From contig MU006033.1 in NCBI GenBank assembly GCA_010093745.1, positions 1 through 50,273 of the forward strand: a DNA stretch of 50,273 nucleotides, read 5' to 3'. The position numbers and the translations under genes are program-made. Below are positions 1 to 11,050 of this stretch, one piece after another. The notes under the pieces are model-generated. The model was given only the letters and a program-made list of their open reading frames with translations, searched no databases and was not told where the DNA came from. This DNA is from Piedraia hortae CBS 480.64 (taxonomy: Eukaryota). The first letter of the stretch is position 1, and every line of letters starts with the position of its first letter.

Positions 1-535
1 CGAGCGCAGCCAGAGACAAATCGCTCGGTTATCAGCAGATATGCGACGCTGTCGTGACATCAACCCAGACCAACATCACCGAATCCCTCCATTCGCCGTG
101 CAACGCACTATTGACGAATCCAAGCCAGATTCTCCCTCCATAGAATTCAAACCAGGACGCAGGCCCAATCCATCACCAGCGGTGACAACGCCCCGTCCCC
201 CGTCCCGCCCGCCTCCAGCACCGCCAGCCACCATACCCCCACCCCCAACAATCCGAATAGAACACTCCCCAATCAGAATCGAGTATGCTCCCCTCAGGAT
301 TGAGCACTCGGAGATTAAAATCGATCACGGGCCCAGGATACCCATTCATGCGGTTGGCAGAATGCAGCGTGAAAGCGACAGCGCTATGATAAGACAAAAG
401 ACGGAGTGTGAAATTGTGCGGCACATTGCTGGCATGGGCTTTCCTGGACCCATGGTAAGGGAGGTTTTGCGCAAGACTGGCACAAACAATATACATCAGG
501 TTGAGCTTGCTGTTGACGTGTTGTTACAAAAGTAA
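1..535 (+). CDS. 3' part of a protein with a Pro-rich linker and a C-terminal UBA-like helical domain (5' end outside window)
   Basis: The frame is open from base 2 to TAA at 533-535. A Pro-rich segment is followed by ...HIAGMGFPGPMVREVLRKTGTNNIHQVELAVDVLLQK, with the MGF loop and AV..LL end typical of UBA domains. Confidence 0.55.
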   Translation, partial: ERSQRQIARLSADMRRCRDINPDQHHRIPPFAVQRTIDESKPDSPSIEFKPGRRPNPSPAVTTPRPPSRPPPAPPATIPPPPTIRIEHSPIRIEYAPLRIEHSEIKIDHGPRIPIHAVGRMQRESDSAMIRQKTECEIVRHIAGMGFPGPMVREVLRKTGTNNIHQVELAVDVLLQK

Positions 536-713
536 CAACCACTGTACTTTTACCCAGATATCTTAAAACGAAAGACGGTTATGTGATACTACTCTTCCTC
601 TCAGAGTCGTAGATTACACAGTGAAAATGGGAAAAGCCAAGAAAATTTGAATGGTATCGAAGAAGAAAGAAAAAAAAGGCCGTCTATCCCATCTACTCAT
701 TCCGCGACGTTAC

Positions 714-1832
714 TCACACGGCCTTCCTCCCTCCCATCCCATCCCCAGCGGTTTTGTAAATCTTCCGTTCCTGTTCGCTGGAGTTCTTGTTCTTGGAGGA
801 GATCGGGGCAGCAAAGTCGGCAAAGTCAAAAGTGGGCGCGTTGGGGTTCTGTTTTTTGCTCGTAGGCGGGACAGAGGATGTGGTGGCGTCTTCACCGTCG
901 CCAAAGGCAAAGTGCTTGTATTTTTCCTCGTAGGTTTTCTTGCGTTCGGGAGAGCGGAGGCGTTCGCCGCCCGGAGTGGGCACGGATTTTTCCACGTCTT
1001 CCTCGTCAAAGAGACGGTTGTGAACCACGTGCTTTCCTGCTCCGCCCTTTAGGATGGAGGATGAGCGTTGGTGTTCCGTCGAGCTAATGTCGGTCTCGCC
1101 AACAATATCTTCTAGGCCGCGGCGGGCAGGACGAGCGGACTCACGGGGTGCTATCACCGGCCCGTTGTAGGAGCTAGAAGCCGCGCCTTCGTTGGGATCA
1201 AGCGTGCGGAAGAGGTCCAGGTTGGCCTTTTCCCCTCGTACCGCAGCCGATACGCCGGTAGGAATCGTCCGTCCGCTATCGTCCTCCGTTGCACTCACAG
1301 CGGTGTTGCCTTTTCCAGCTAGACACGCGCGGATGGACTGGATCAGCGTCACGCCGTCTTCGATCGGCCAGTTGCGGCCCGTCTTGCCGATCGCTTCGAC
1401 TTGCTTTAGCAGCGACCCCTGATCCCATTGCAACCGAATCGACGCAATTTTGCCGTCCACGTTCCACGTAACAACGTGCATCAACGGAAATGTGACGCGT
1501 CGCTCATCTAGAAGGTGCGCGTCGATGCGCGGTAGATAGGCGCCGCCGCCAACGTGGCGAAAGGCCAGCGTTGTCTCCGTTTCAATAAAAGCGTGGCTAT
1601 CATCTTCAATGGAGTTCAAAGGTCGATCGTCCTTCTTCTCCAGCATGCGGCCCTGCGCCTCTAGGTGCCGTACGATTGTCGTTGCGCCATCTAACGGCGT
1701 TTGCGTGGAATTCACGTAGTGCAGCACGGCATTTTCGGCAAGTACATCGACAGTGGGACAGCGCATAAAGGCAAAGTAGCGATTGGCCAGCGGACCGGTG
1801 GCTGACGGAGCTGATGATGCTGCAGCGGCCAT
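714..1832 (-). CDS. Conserved fungal hypothetical protein, N-terminal NTF2-like fold plus disordered tail
   Basis: 372-aa ORF. The N-terminal part (..FPLMHVVTWNVDGKIASIRLQWDQGSLLKQVEAIGKTGRNWPI..) resembles fungal NTF2-like proteins. A GTGAGT overlapping the stop means a further small 3' exon cannot be excluded. Confidence 0.65.
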   Translation of the reverse strand: MAAAASSAPSATGPLANRYFAFMRCPTVDVLAENAVLHYVNSTQTPLDGATTIVRHLEAQGRMLEKKDDRPLNSIEDDSHAFIETETTLAFRHVGGGAYLPRIDAHLLDERRVTFPLMHVVTWNVDGKIASIRLQWDQGSLLKQVEAIGKTGRNWPIEDGVTLIQSIRACLAGKGNTAVSATEDDSGRTIPTGVSAAVRGEKANLDLFRTLDPNEGAASSSYNGPVIAPRESARPARRGLEDIVGETDISSTEHQRSSSILKGGAGKHVVHNRLFDEEDVEKSVPTPGGERLRSPERKKTYEEKYKHFAFGDGEDATTSSVPPTSKKQNPNAPTFDFADFAAPISSKNKNSSEQERKIYKTAGDGMGGRKAV

Positions 1833-1974
1833 GGTGGTGTTGGTTACAGACTGTTACCAACGAGGTTGCTGTACTGTCACTTACAGAACAGCCTGTAACC
1901 AACAATGTCGTCTGCACTGTAACTTACAGAACCGACGAGACCCTGGCGTTGCTAAATGGGGAAACCGCGGTGAG

Positions 1975-3040
1975 TCACACGTCGCCCACCACTGTGCAGA
2001 AGGCCGCGTGAACGCGCCCTGTCAGGTCACTCGCCTGCATGCTGCGGCCCAGGTCCTTGTAAGCCAATCGCGAACACTCTCGCGTAATGGCCGAACCACC
2101 AAACGCACTATACAGTAGCAATTCTTGTGCCGTCATATCTCCCTCGTGGTCCCACAGCTTGTCCAAATATGCCTTACGCCATGCCAGCAGGGTCGCCAAC
2201 GAGCCTGTTAGTGTGTCGCCTTGGCCACCAGATCGTTTGAGTCCGCCTTCGCCGTCACACACCAACGTCGTTTCACCGTCAGAAACGTAATCCGCTCGGC
2301 CCTTCCGAATCACTGTCACGCCGTGAAATGCCTTGGCCAACGCTGCGCACTCTGCGCCTTCGTCATCGCCAAGCTTGACCTTCAAAGCTTTGGCTAAACG
2401 CGCAAACTCAACAACGTTGGGCGTTAGGATGCACTCCTTGTAGCCTTGTACCAGTTCCGGCCTGTTTTGCACCAGAAAAAGGGCATCGGCATCGATGACG
2501 AGCGCCACGCCGCGCTTCCTCGCTTCTTGTATGACACGCGCACACGTCTCTTGCATGACCTCATCACGTCCTAGCCCAGGTCCAATGACGACCACGTGCA
2601 GCCGATCAAGCATGCCAGTGACCTCTTGCGCGACTGTTTCCGCCGACTCATCTTTGCCGAGTTTCGATTTTTGCCGCATGTAAGGGTGCACCATCAAATT
2701 GGGAGAGTACGTTTTGATGACCTGGGCAGCTTCGGGCTCGCAGATGACGTGAGACTATTGCATCAGTTTCCCGTTGCTGCTTCCGTGGCAGAGCCGCGCA
2801 CCATATCGCACCCGAGCTTGGCACTGGCCATGGCTGAGAAGTACGGAGCCCCGGTGTAATCCTGGCTGCCACCAATTACTCCGACTCGGCCGAGCTGACC
2901 TGTTCATGTCAGCCTCGATCCCGTGAGCTAGTGTCACGCTGCGCACCTTTGTGAAACTTGTCCAACATCGGAGGAACCATCTTGTGCACCTTTTTAAGAA
3001 TCTCTGCTCGCGACATTTTGATTGATGTGTTGGTACCCAT
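1975..3040 (-). CDS. NNR2: ATP-dependent (S)-NAD(P)H-hydrate dehydratase (YjeF C-terminal / carbohydrate kinase family)
   Basis: Exons 3040-2947, 2899-2802, 2754-1975 with two 47-nt GTGCGC..AG introns. Spliced motifs: [57 protein letters not shown]. Alternative start at 3016. Confidence 0.9.
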
Positions 3041-3508
3041 AGTTGCGCAGAATTTTTGTTGCCGACTTCGAACGACGTCATGGTGGGGTAGTGGGGTAAT
3101 GACAGCCCGATCGAGGTTCTCCGAGAAATAGGGCCGCTAGGCTCGGATTCTGAACGGACCGAGCTATTTTGCATGACGTAGGTTTTCCGCGGAGTGGAAT
3201 CTGTCAGGGTCCCTGACAGATTCCACTCCACGGAAACACCCTAGTGAGCATACCATCCTTTGCCATCCAGCCCTCCCTAAATTCTAGTACGAGAGTATCT
3301 CTCAATACAATGCCCAATGGAATCCTTGTAATCGTGGCATATCATCTACATCTAGTCCTATCATACCATCCATAAGACTGTAGTAGGTACAATCTTGCAA
3401 ATGACATATGTTTGCACTGGTCAAATTCAGATGATGCAAAGACAGTATAGCAGATTCTGGGGGCACAATAATAGTTCAAGGCTATCTACCTTAACATTAG
3501 GCCTTCAC

Positions 3509-5166
3509 TTATTTTTTGCTAGCCTTGGCTGCAGACTTCGTCACCTTGCCAGACTTCTCCGACTTCACCACAGACTTGATGACGCCTACGGCCACCGTCT
3601 GCCTCATATCACGGACGGCGAAGCGTCCAAGAGGAGGATAGTCGGTGAAGGCCTCAACGCACATTGGCTTCGAGGGGATCATCTTGACAATGGCGGCATC
3701 ACCAGACTTGACAAACTTGGGGTTCTGCTCAATCGACTTGCCAGAACGGCGGTCAATCTTCTCAAGGAGCTCAGCAAACTTGCAGGCAATGTGAGCGGTG
3801 TGGCAGTCGAGCACTGGGGCATAGCCGGCGCCAATCTGACCCGGATGGTTGAGGACAATGACTTGGGCGTTGAAGCTGTCGCAGCCCTTTGGCGGGTCAT
3901 TCTTGGAATCACCGGCAACATTTCCACGGCGGATCTCTTTGACAGAGACGTTCTTCACGTTGAAGCCGACATTGTCACCAGGGGTGCCCTTCTGGAGCTG
4001 CTCGTGGTGCATCTCGACCGACTTCACTTCAGTGGTGACGCCAGCTGGGGCAAAAGTAACAACCATGCCGGGGCTGATGGTGCCCGTCTCGACACGGCCG
4101 ACAGGAACAGTTCCGATACCACCAATCTTGTACACATCCTGCAGGGGCAAGCGCAGAGGTTTGTCGACAGGACGGCTAGGGGGATCAATGGCATCAATGG
4201 CCTCAAGCAGCGTCTTGCCAGTAACCTTGGCCTTAGTCTCCTTCTCCCAGCCCTTGTACCAGGGGCAGTTGGTCGATGGCTCGATCATGTTGTCACCATT
4301 GAAGCCTGATATGGGGACGAAGGGAACGGTCTTGGGGTTGTAGCCGACCTTCTTGATGAAGCTGGAAGTCTCCTTGATGATTTCATTGTAGCGGTCCTCG
4401 GACCACTTGGTCGTGTCCATCTTGTTGATGGCGACGATGAGCTGCTTCACACCCAGCGTATACGCAAGCAGGGCGTGCTCACGAGTCTGACCATCCTTGG
4501 AGATTCCAGCCTCAAACTCACCGGTGCCGGCGGCGATGATGAGAATGGCGCAGTCGGCCTGCGAGGTACCAGTAATCATGTTCTTGATGAAGTCGCGATG
4601 GCCGGGGGCATCAATGACGGTGACGTAGTACTTGGGAGTCTCGAACTTCCAGAGGGCAATATCGATGGTGATACCGCGCTCACGCTCGGCCTTCAGCTTA
4701 TCAAGCACCCAGGCATACTTGAATGAGCCCTTGCCCAATTCGGCGGCTTCCTGTACACTCTGTTAGCATCCCCAAAGGCAACAAATAGTAGTGAAGCGGC
4801 GTTGAAGGCACAGACAGTAGGCCAGACCCTCCTGCCCCACAATCCAAATTACCCCTCATTTGCAAAGGCAGGGTCCTGATGAAAAAATTTTCCACCAGCC
4901 TGACATGCAAAGGCATGCGCTTACCTTCTCAAACTTCTCAATGGTACGCTTGTCGATACCACCGCACTTGTAGATCAAGTCTGTATATTTGTAAGCCAAA
5001 ATGCGCCATCGTAGTCTTTGGAGACGGGCAGCACTTACGGCCAGTGGTCGTCGACTTGCCGGAATCGACGTGGCCGATAACGACGACGTTGATATGAGTC
5101 TTTTCCTTGCTGCAACCGTTAACATTGATTAACACGCGTCCGGCGGGTGTCCAAGTCATACCCCAT
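3509..5166 (-). CDS. tef1: Translation elongation factor 1-alpha
   Basis: Exons 5166-5162, 5109-5039, 4980-4925, 4750-3509. Spliced N-terminus [72 protein letters not shown] and NKMD GTPase motifs. Confidence 0.99.
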
Positions 5167-5177
5167 GATGACGATTG

Positions 5178-5325
5178 CTGGTGCGGTCAGTAAGACATTC
5201 GTTGATGAAGTCGGAATGGTGGTGCTCACATTTACTGTGTGCGCAGGTGTCGAAGCTTGTTCGTACGGTATGCGGCGGACGAGGAAGAAAAGAAGAGGGT
5301 GAGAGAGAGGACCCTTATAAACACT
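5178..5325 (-). promoter_or_regulatory. tef1 core promoter (TATA plus CT-rich box) and 5'-UTR intron
   Basis: On the minus strand, TTTATAA near 5321-5315 is followed by a pyrimidine tract (cctctctctcaccctcttcttttcttcctc). A GTGAGC...CTGAC..CAG intron at 5229-5178 ends 11 nt before the ATG. Confidence 0.65.
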
Positions 5326-5974
5326 TCGAATTTCTCAGCGCACGGACCCTTGGTGGGGTTCCACGGGCAAAAGGTGGGACAAAACTAATGACATCATTAC
5401 TCGTGGCAAAGCGATTTTCTTTCTGCCGAAGCTATGGTGGATACATTGTACTTTACGGTTGTTATGCCACCCATTACGACACGTCATGATGTACCAGTCA
5501 CCGTTAGGACAAGACGGGCACCTTGTCAACAAGAGCGTTTATCGCACTTAAGTCAATATGGAAAGGAATTGAACTCCGGCATGATGGAACAAGAGCATCG
5601 CCCAGCGGTAGAAATAAACAGTCATAGATCAAGACACGAAGGGGGTAGAGCAAAGGTGATAAGAGGTGGAATGCGGCAGGGGCAAGGCCGCTGAATCGAA
5701 TAGTGCGGTTTAAAAGCACCTTCGATCTGCACCAAGGACGGCAGCAGCACTGCACAACGACATGAGGGGGTTTGTTCGACGAGTTTTACCCCCCCCTCCT
5801 TCCCGCCTCCCTCCCCCCACACACCCAATAAAAAAAGGGTAGAGCTAAATGATTGGGGAAAACGGAGCTTTTCACTGAACCTTCGTATGATAGTACCATA
5901 ATACCAAAAAAAAAATATGCCCCGATTTCCGCTAATGTAAGATTCATGAGCCCAACGCCTGCGTCAAAAACTTT

Positions 5975-7816
5975 TCAGACCCTGGATGAGTCATCTGGTT
6001 TGGCGTTCTCTGTTTTTACTGGCTGAGTCTTCCCGGGAGGGTCCTCAATTCCATCTCCCAAGGCCCGGAGGCGAACCACCAGGGCCGTGTTTTCCCGCTG
6101 CACTTCTCCCAGGCGCTCAATCAGAATCTTGTTTTCCTTCTTATACACATCAAGCTGCGAGCGAAATTCATCGCGTTCTCGAATGAGCAAAGAGATCTTA
6201 CTCTGCTCTTCACGCTTACGTTGGCGCTGGTCAGCCTTGCGCACTTCTTTCTTCATTTTACGGTCCAATTTATCTAGCTCCCTTTGGTGTTTCTCTTGTG
6301 CCTTCTTCATGTCGGCCTCATGCTTCTTGCGTACTTTGTCATGCTCAGTCTGCCCTTGTCTTTTGCTTCTTTGTAGCCTTTCGTTGCCGTCAGTCATCTT
6401 TTGGGCCATCTTACGTTCTAGTCTCTCCCGTTGTTGATTGATCTTTGCTCGTACTTTGTCGTGCGAATTGGCTGCCTTGTTGTACTCGCTTCCGCTCATG
6501 CTGTGGTTCATGGATGACGGATTGCTGGCAATGCTGGGGGTTGATTGTTGAGCTAATCGAGACACCTCTTCGCCTCTGGTAGATTGGCGACGCATCTCAT
6601 CGGCGGAAAGGAAAGAGTCGGTCGAACTGCTATCTTCATCGTCGGACGAGGTTCGTTTTTCCGACGAATCTTGGCTTTGGGGGCTCCTGGCACGGTGCCC
6701 AGGCGTTTCCCCTAACAGGGAATTACCCATTACCCGTGAGCCAGGTGTGAATTGCGCCTTTTTGTCACTTCCAGATGGCTCATCTCCACCCGGCTCTTGT
6801 TCATCAGAAGCCTTGGTTCCATTCGCACTGCCATGAACTGGCTCTATGCTTTGATTGCAAGCCCAATCCAAAAACTTGGTCACATCCCCCAGCATGGCTT
6901 CGGGGGTTCCGCGATCAATCAGGAAGCGAGGTATTCCTCCACCTGGATCAGATCGGGTGACCATGATCCATTCTACCGGATTCAACTCGTGGTTGATTCC
7001 CTCCTCCGCCTCTTGGGATTTTGCCAGATGAAGCGGAATTTCACGAATAAGCTCCACAGACTCATATTGCCCTCTTACAAAACCTTGTCTTGAGGGAGCA
7101 TCTGGATGTTCTGTGGGCCTAGATACCATCATGTAGTGGCGAGGAATTTTTTTCGAACTGTCAGGCAATTTAATCCCGCTCTTCTCGCTCAATCCGTGGT
7201 CAGTTGTTAGAAGCAGCGTCACAAACTCACGGGCCGAGACAGGTCGGGGCATCAGGGCGCTGAGCTGATAAACCTCCATTGTCCCGATGCCCTCGACAGG
7301 AACTCTTTCCAGCCTCTGGTCGCCTGCTAGCCCCCTGATCGCTCCCGCACCAACATCTCCGTGTACTGCCAATGATTGATCAAACTCGTAACGCAAAGCA
7401 TGGTGAAACTTGTCAAATCCAATACCCTCATGGACGCTCCTTCGCGCAAACCAAGCCCCGTGCCTGTCATTTCCGGCCATCTTGAAGAGTGCTACCTCTT
7501 GTGGGATTTCTTTGCCGCTCAGCTTGATAGGGCGGCCCCATTGTTTCTGCAGCGCCTCGTGCTCTGGAGCAGGGGGGTGTTGCCGTGCGCTGGATGGGAG
7601 GACATCAGCGGCGCATTTGGCAGTATTGGCTTCATGGCAGCGTGGCTGAGCTTCGTGGAATGGCTGACCCTTGGGTGGATGAGGAACTGAATTGCAAATG
7701 AGTTCGCCAGCTGCGAAGGCGGAGGAAAGGAAGTCCGGCAGGTCGTCCTGGGGAACATCGGACCATTTCACAAACGAGAGTTGTTTCAGGGCATTGTGTA
7801 TATCTGAAGAAACCAT
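5975..7816 (-). CDS. DUF3074 / START-like (SRPBCC) domain protein with C-terminal coiled coil
   Basis: Single long ORF, ATG at 7816. Motifs WFARRSVHEG, SAREFVTLLL, FVRGQYESVELIREIP and PVEWIMVTRSDPGGGIPRF are typical of fungal DUF3074 proteins; charged coiled-coil tail. Confidence 0.75.
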   Translation of the reverse strand: MVSSDIHNALKQLSFVKWSDVPQDDLPDFLSSAFAAGELICNSVPHPPKGQPFHEAQPRCHEANTAKCAADVLPSSARQHPPAPEHEALQKQWGRPIKLSGKEIPQEVALFKMAGNDRHGAWFARRSVHEGIGFDKFHHALRYEFDQSLAVHGDVGAGAIRGLAGDQRLERVPVEGIGTMEVYQLSALMPRPVSAREFVTLLLTTDHGLSEKSGIKLPDSSKKIPRHYMMVSRPTEHPDAPSRQGFVRGQYESVELIREIPLHLAKSQEAEEGINHELNPVEWIMVTRSDPGGGIPRFLIDRGTPEAMLGDVTKFLDWACNQSIEPVHGSANGTKASDEQEPGGDEPSGSDKKAQFTPGSRVMGNSLLGETPGHRARSPQSQDSSEKRTSSDDEDSSSTDSFLSADEMRRQSTRGEEVSRLAQQSTPSIASNPSSMNHSMSGSEYNKAANSHDKVRAKINQQRERLERKMAQKMTDGNERLQRSKRQGQTEHDKVRKKHEADMKKAQEKHQRELDKLDRKMKKEVRKADQRQRKREEQSKISLLIRERDEFRSQLDVYKKENKILIERLGEVQRENTALVVRLRALGDGIEDPPGKTQPVKTENAKPDDSSRV

Positions 7817-8132
7817 GTCCAACACTGTAGAGGGTTCTATGTGCGCGTAGTCAGTTCAGCAGCTGCGAGCCGGCTGTCGTCACCTTTACGTCAGACTACA
7901 GTAGCGTCATCAGATACACATGCCTTCCCCCGGTTGATATGCAAAAACTGGCGCAGAGCCGTGGCGCACCTGCCAACCACAGCCTCGCCCATTCTTTGTT
8001 GCGCTCACCCATCAGCACTGCTTCCGTTGCTTGGTTTTGGCCATCCCATTGTTTGGCCTATGGGGGAAAGTTAGCCGAGCCTTACATGTCACCTTGCCCG
8101 AGACGTCTTTCATCCACAGCAGGCAGGTCGTA

Positions 8133-9599
8133 ATGGTGAGCCGCGTCGCAATTCCCGTGCTTGTTGGCATGATGCTGTTGACGGGCGTTTGCAATACACT
8201 GCTCACAAAGTACCAAGTAAGAATAGTCGCCGATTCACATCAAACAGTACCCATTAACTATGTTTATGTAGGATATGCAATGTGTTGCCGATTGTGACTC
8301 AAATGATCCAAAGACCTTTGAGCAGCCTGTCATACAGACCCTCCAGATGTTCATCGGGGAATCTGGTTGCTGGTTAGTGGTTTTCCTTTCGTGGCTATTC
8401 AGAAAGTATTTCCATTCGTCAGATGGTCATCGGGACACCGATGCATCCTATGCGCCCGTCGCCACGAGCGAGGTCGACGAGGGCAGCAATGTACCAACGA
8501 ATAATCCCCGCCAGTCGGACAATGATTTTGCCCCTGCCATCTCACAAACGCCCGTTGATCCCACCAATGTTGTTGCCAAACCATTTGAAGATGGCGATAC
8601 AATGTCAGCACCCAGAATACCCTTGACAGGATGGAGAGTGTTTCTATTGGCGCTTCCTGCCGTCTGCGACATTTGCGGGACAACCCTGATGAACGTTGGT
8701 CTACTCTTTGTGGCAGCCTCTATCTATCAAATGACCCGCGGCGCTCTGGTTCTTTTTGTTGGACTCTTCAGCGTTATTTTCTTGAAGAGACGACTTGGTG
8801 TGTGGAAGTGGGCGGCGTTGGTTGTTGTGGTCTCCGGTGTGGTTCTCGTGGGTTTGGCCGGGGTGCTTGAGAAGAAGCAGGAAGGTCATGTGTATCGACC
8901 ATATCATCCTTATCAAGACGGCGCCAGTGCTGACTTGATTCGCAAAACCGTTAATCTTGCCCGGGAATCGGCTTCTGCCTTGGCATCGCACACTGCAGGA
9001 GAGACAATTTTGGGCGTAACATTGATTGCTGCAGCTCAGATCTTTACCGCGTCTCAGTTTGTTCTGGAAGAAGGCATTATGGAGCAGTATACCATGGATC
9101 CTATTCAAGTGGTAGGATGGGAGGGTATATTCGGCTTCTTAGTAACGCTCACTGGTATGGGCGTCTTATACCCGCTTATCGGCCGCACACCGGCTGGAAA
9201 AGGCGGCTATTTCGATATCCCGGAAGGCTTCCATCAAGTCTTTCACAACCGGGCTGTAGCCATCACCTCTCTGTTGATCATGATCAGCATCGGGTAAGCC
9301 AGCTCATGTCTTGTTTTGATCTCTCCTAATGTCTCTTCAGTGGCTTCAACTTCTTTGGACTTAGCGTCACCCGTGTGATTTCTGCCACCTCCCGCAGCAC
9401 CATTGATACCTGCCGCACTTTGTTCATATGGATGGTCAGTCTTGGATTGGGCTGGGAAAAGTTCAAATGGCTGCAGGTTGCCGGCTTCATACTTGTTGTT
9501 TATGGCACCAGTATGTTCAATGATATCATCTCCCCACCCACAGCTGCTTTCTGGCGTACACAAAAGCGCACTGTGTTTGACGGCGGGGAGGGTCAATGA
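8133..9599 (+). CDS. DMT-superfamily nucleotide-sugar transporter-like membrane protein (SLC35F6-like)
   Basis: Exons 8133-8216, 8272-9293, 9341-9599. Motifs LLTKYQDMQCV, FEQPVIQTLQMFIGE, LPAVCDICGTTLMNVGL, ASIYQMTRG, QFVLEE, VGWEGIFG and FNFFGLSVTRVISATSRSTIDTCRT; many transmembrane segments. Confidence 0.85.
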
Positions 9600-10096
9600 T
9601 CCTGATTTCACACAAGAGCTTTGTTCCATTCGAAATCCGCGACGACTAACGGCACGCTGCTTTTTGGGTGACGTCAGGAGTTTCGCGTAACTCACCAAGC
9701 AATCGACCGCATGTGCATAGCCCATTTGGGTCAGGTTGTACTACAGCCGACAAGATGCATTTGGTGCTGGCGAACGAGATTGACAGACGGACTCGTCTCA
9801 TGGTCCGTGGCCTCGACTCCTCCCTAGGACCTGCCATTGTTTCAAGCTTTCTGCTATGGGAGAAAGTTAGCGGAAGGGTATTACCTCATACAAGGAACAT
9901 GCTGTAGCACAATGGATGGCACCTTCCAAGCTTAAGTTTGCTTGCTTGCAATCGTCATTTGACTTGTTTATAAGCTTGATTGTCCTTCACTGCTGCCTTC
10001 GTTCACATTTGTCTTACCAGCTTGCTATCAAAACAGCAACTCTCCCTTTACGATCCACCGGCACACCAATTGACCTACTATCCACCCGCAAGCACC

Positions 10097-10455
10097 ATGC
10101 ATTTCGCACTACTGTACATCGTTGCGGCAGCTTCAATGGCCGTTGCCGCTCGCATTGATGAGCCCACAACCATCGTCGACATCACGTCAATGAATTCCGA
10201 GGGTATCTTCAAATATGCCCGTGAAACCACTCTACTTCGCATTAGCGGGCTCCCAAACAACTGCAACTTCAACTTTTGTCCGCCTCTGTTCGCAAAATGC
10301 TGGACGCATGGCTGTGAATCTTTGAGGCAGCCCGAATGGTATGTACGGTCCATTGCCTATGGAGATGGGGCTGACTGTTAATTAGTTTTGAGGCGATTTC
10401 CTATCCGGGTTGTGAAGGATGTAAAGTTTGTCAGATTGGATGCAAGGGATGCTGA
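10097..10455 (+). CDS. Small secreted cysteine-rich protein (103 aa, 10 Cys)
   Basis: ATG 10097 in a CACCATG context with signal peptide MHFALLYIVAAASMAVAA. Intron 10339-10385 (GTATGT..GCTGAC..TAG, 47 nt) joins in frame to exon 2 (CFEAISYPGCEGCKVCQIGCKGC*). Confidence 0.75.
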
Positions 10456-11050
10456 TTCGGGGAACCTGATGGGTGATGAGGGTGCATGTTGATGAACAAC
10501 TCCAGATGAGCTGTGATGCGTTGTGCGGCACTAATGTAATGGCTGCTCTAATAGATGAAACTATGTGGCCACCTTGCTTTTGTTGGCTGTACTCGGGAAA
10601 TGCAGCCTTCGTTTCGAAGGCGATGTCGTCCTTCATGTTCACAGTTGTCCTAAATGGTGCTCCTTCAAAGGTAAAACTGCGTGAGGCTTTCAACTGCTCA
10701 AGCACGTCGCAATTCTAGTTCCCTATTTGATACTTAACATCAGACGCAAATCGGATCAAATTACAAGCAGTTGTTGTCTGCAGTTTCTACTTTGTTCTAC
10801 GAGACGACAGTTGCTGACAAAGGTGCTTACTAACATTCCCGAGGACCGCTAGGCTTTACCGTAAGAGGTTAAGCGCCATACGTGCACCCAGCACCCCGGA
10901 TTGTGGTCGCGACACGAATGCGGTCATCGGCCAGCGCAAGCTGTGGGATTTCGATTGCCATTCCAAAAGGTCTTCGCCATGCCACTGCAACCGTACCCTC
11001 GCAGTAAAAATGCAGGGCCGCTTGCATATGAGCTGGACGTTAGGCGGACA

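Noticed and set aside
3395..4309. 304-aa plus-strand ORF
   Set aside because: It is the antisense shadow of tef1, expected from strong codon bias, and has no recognisable domain.
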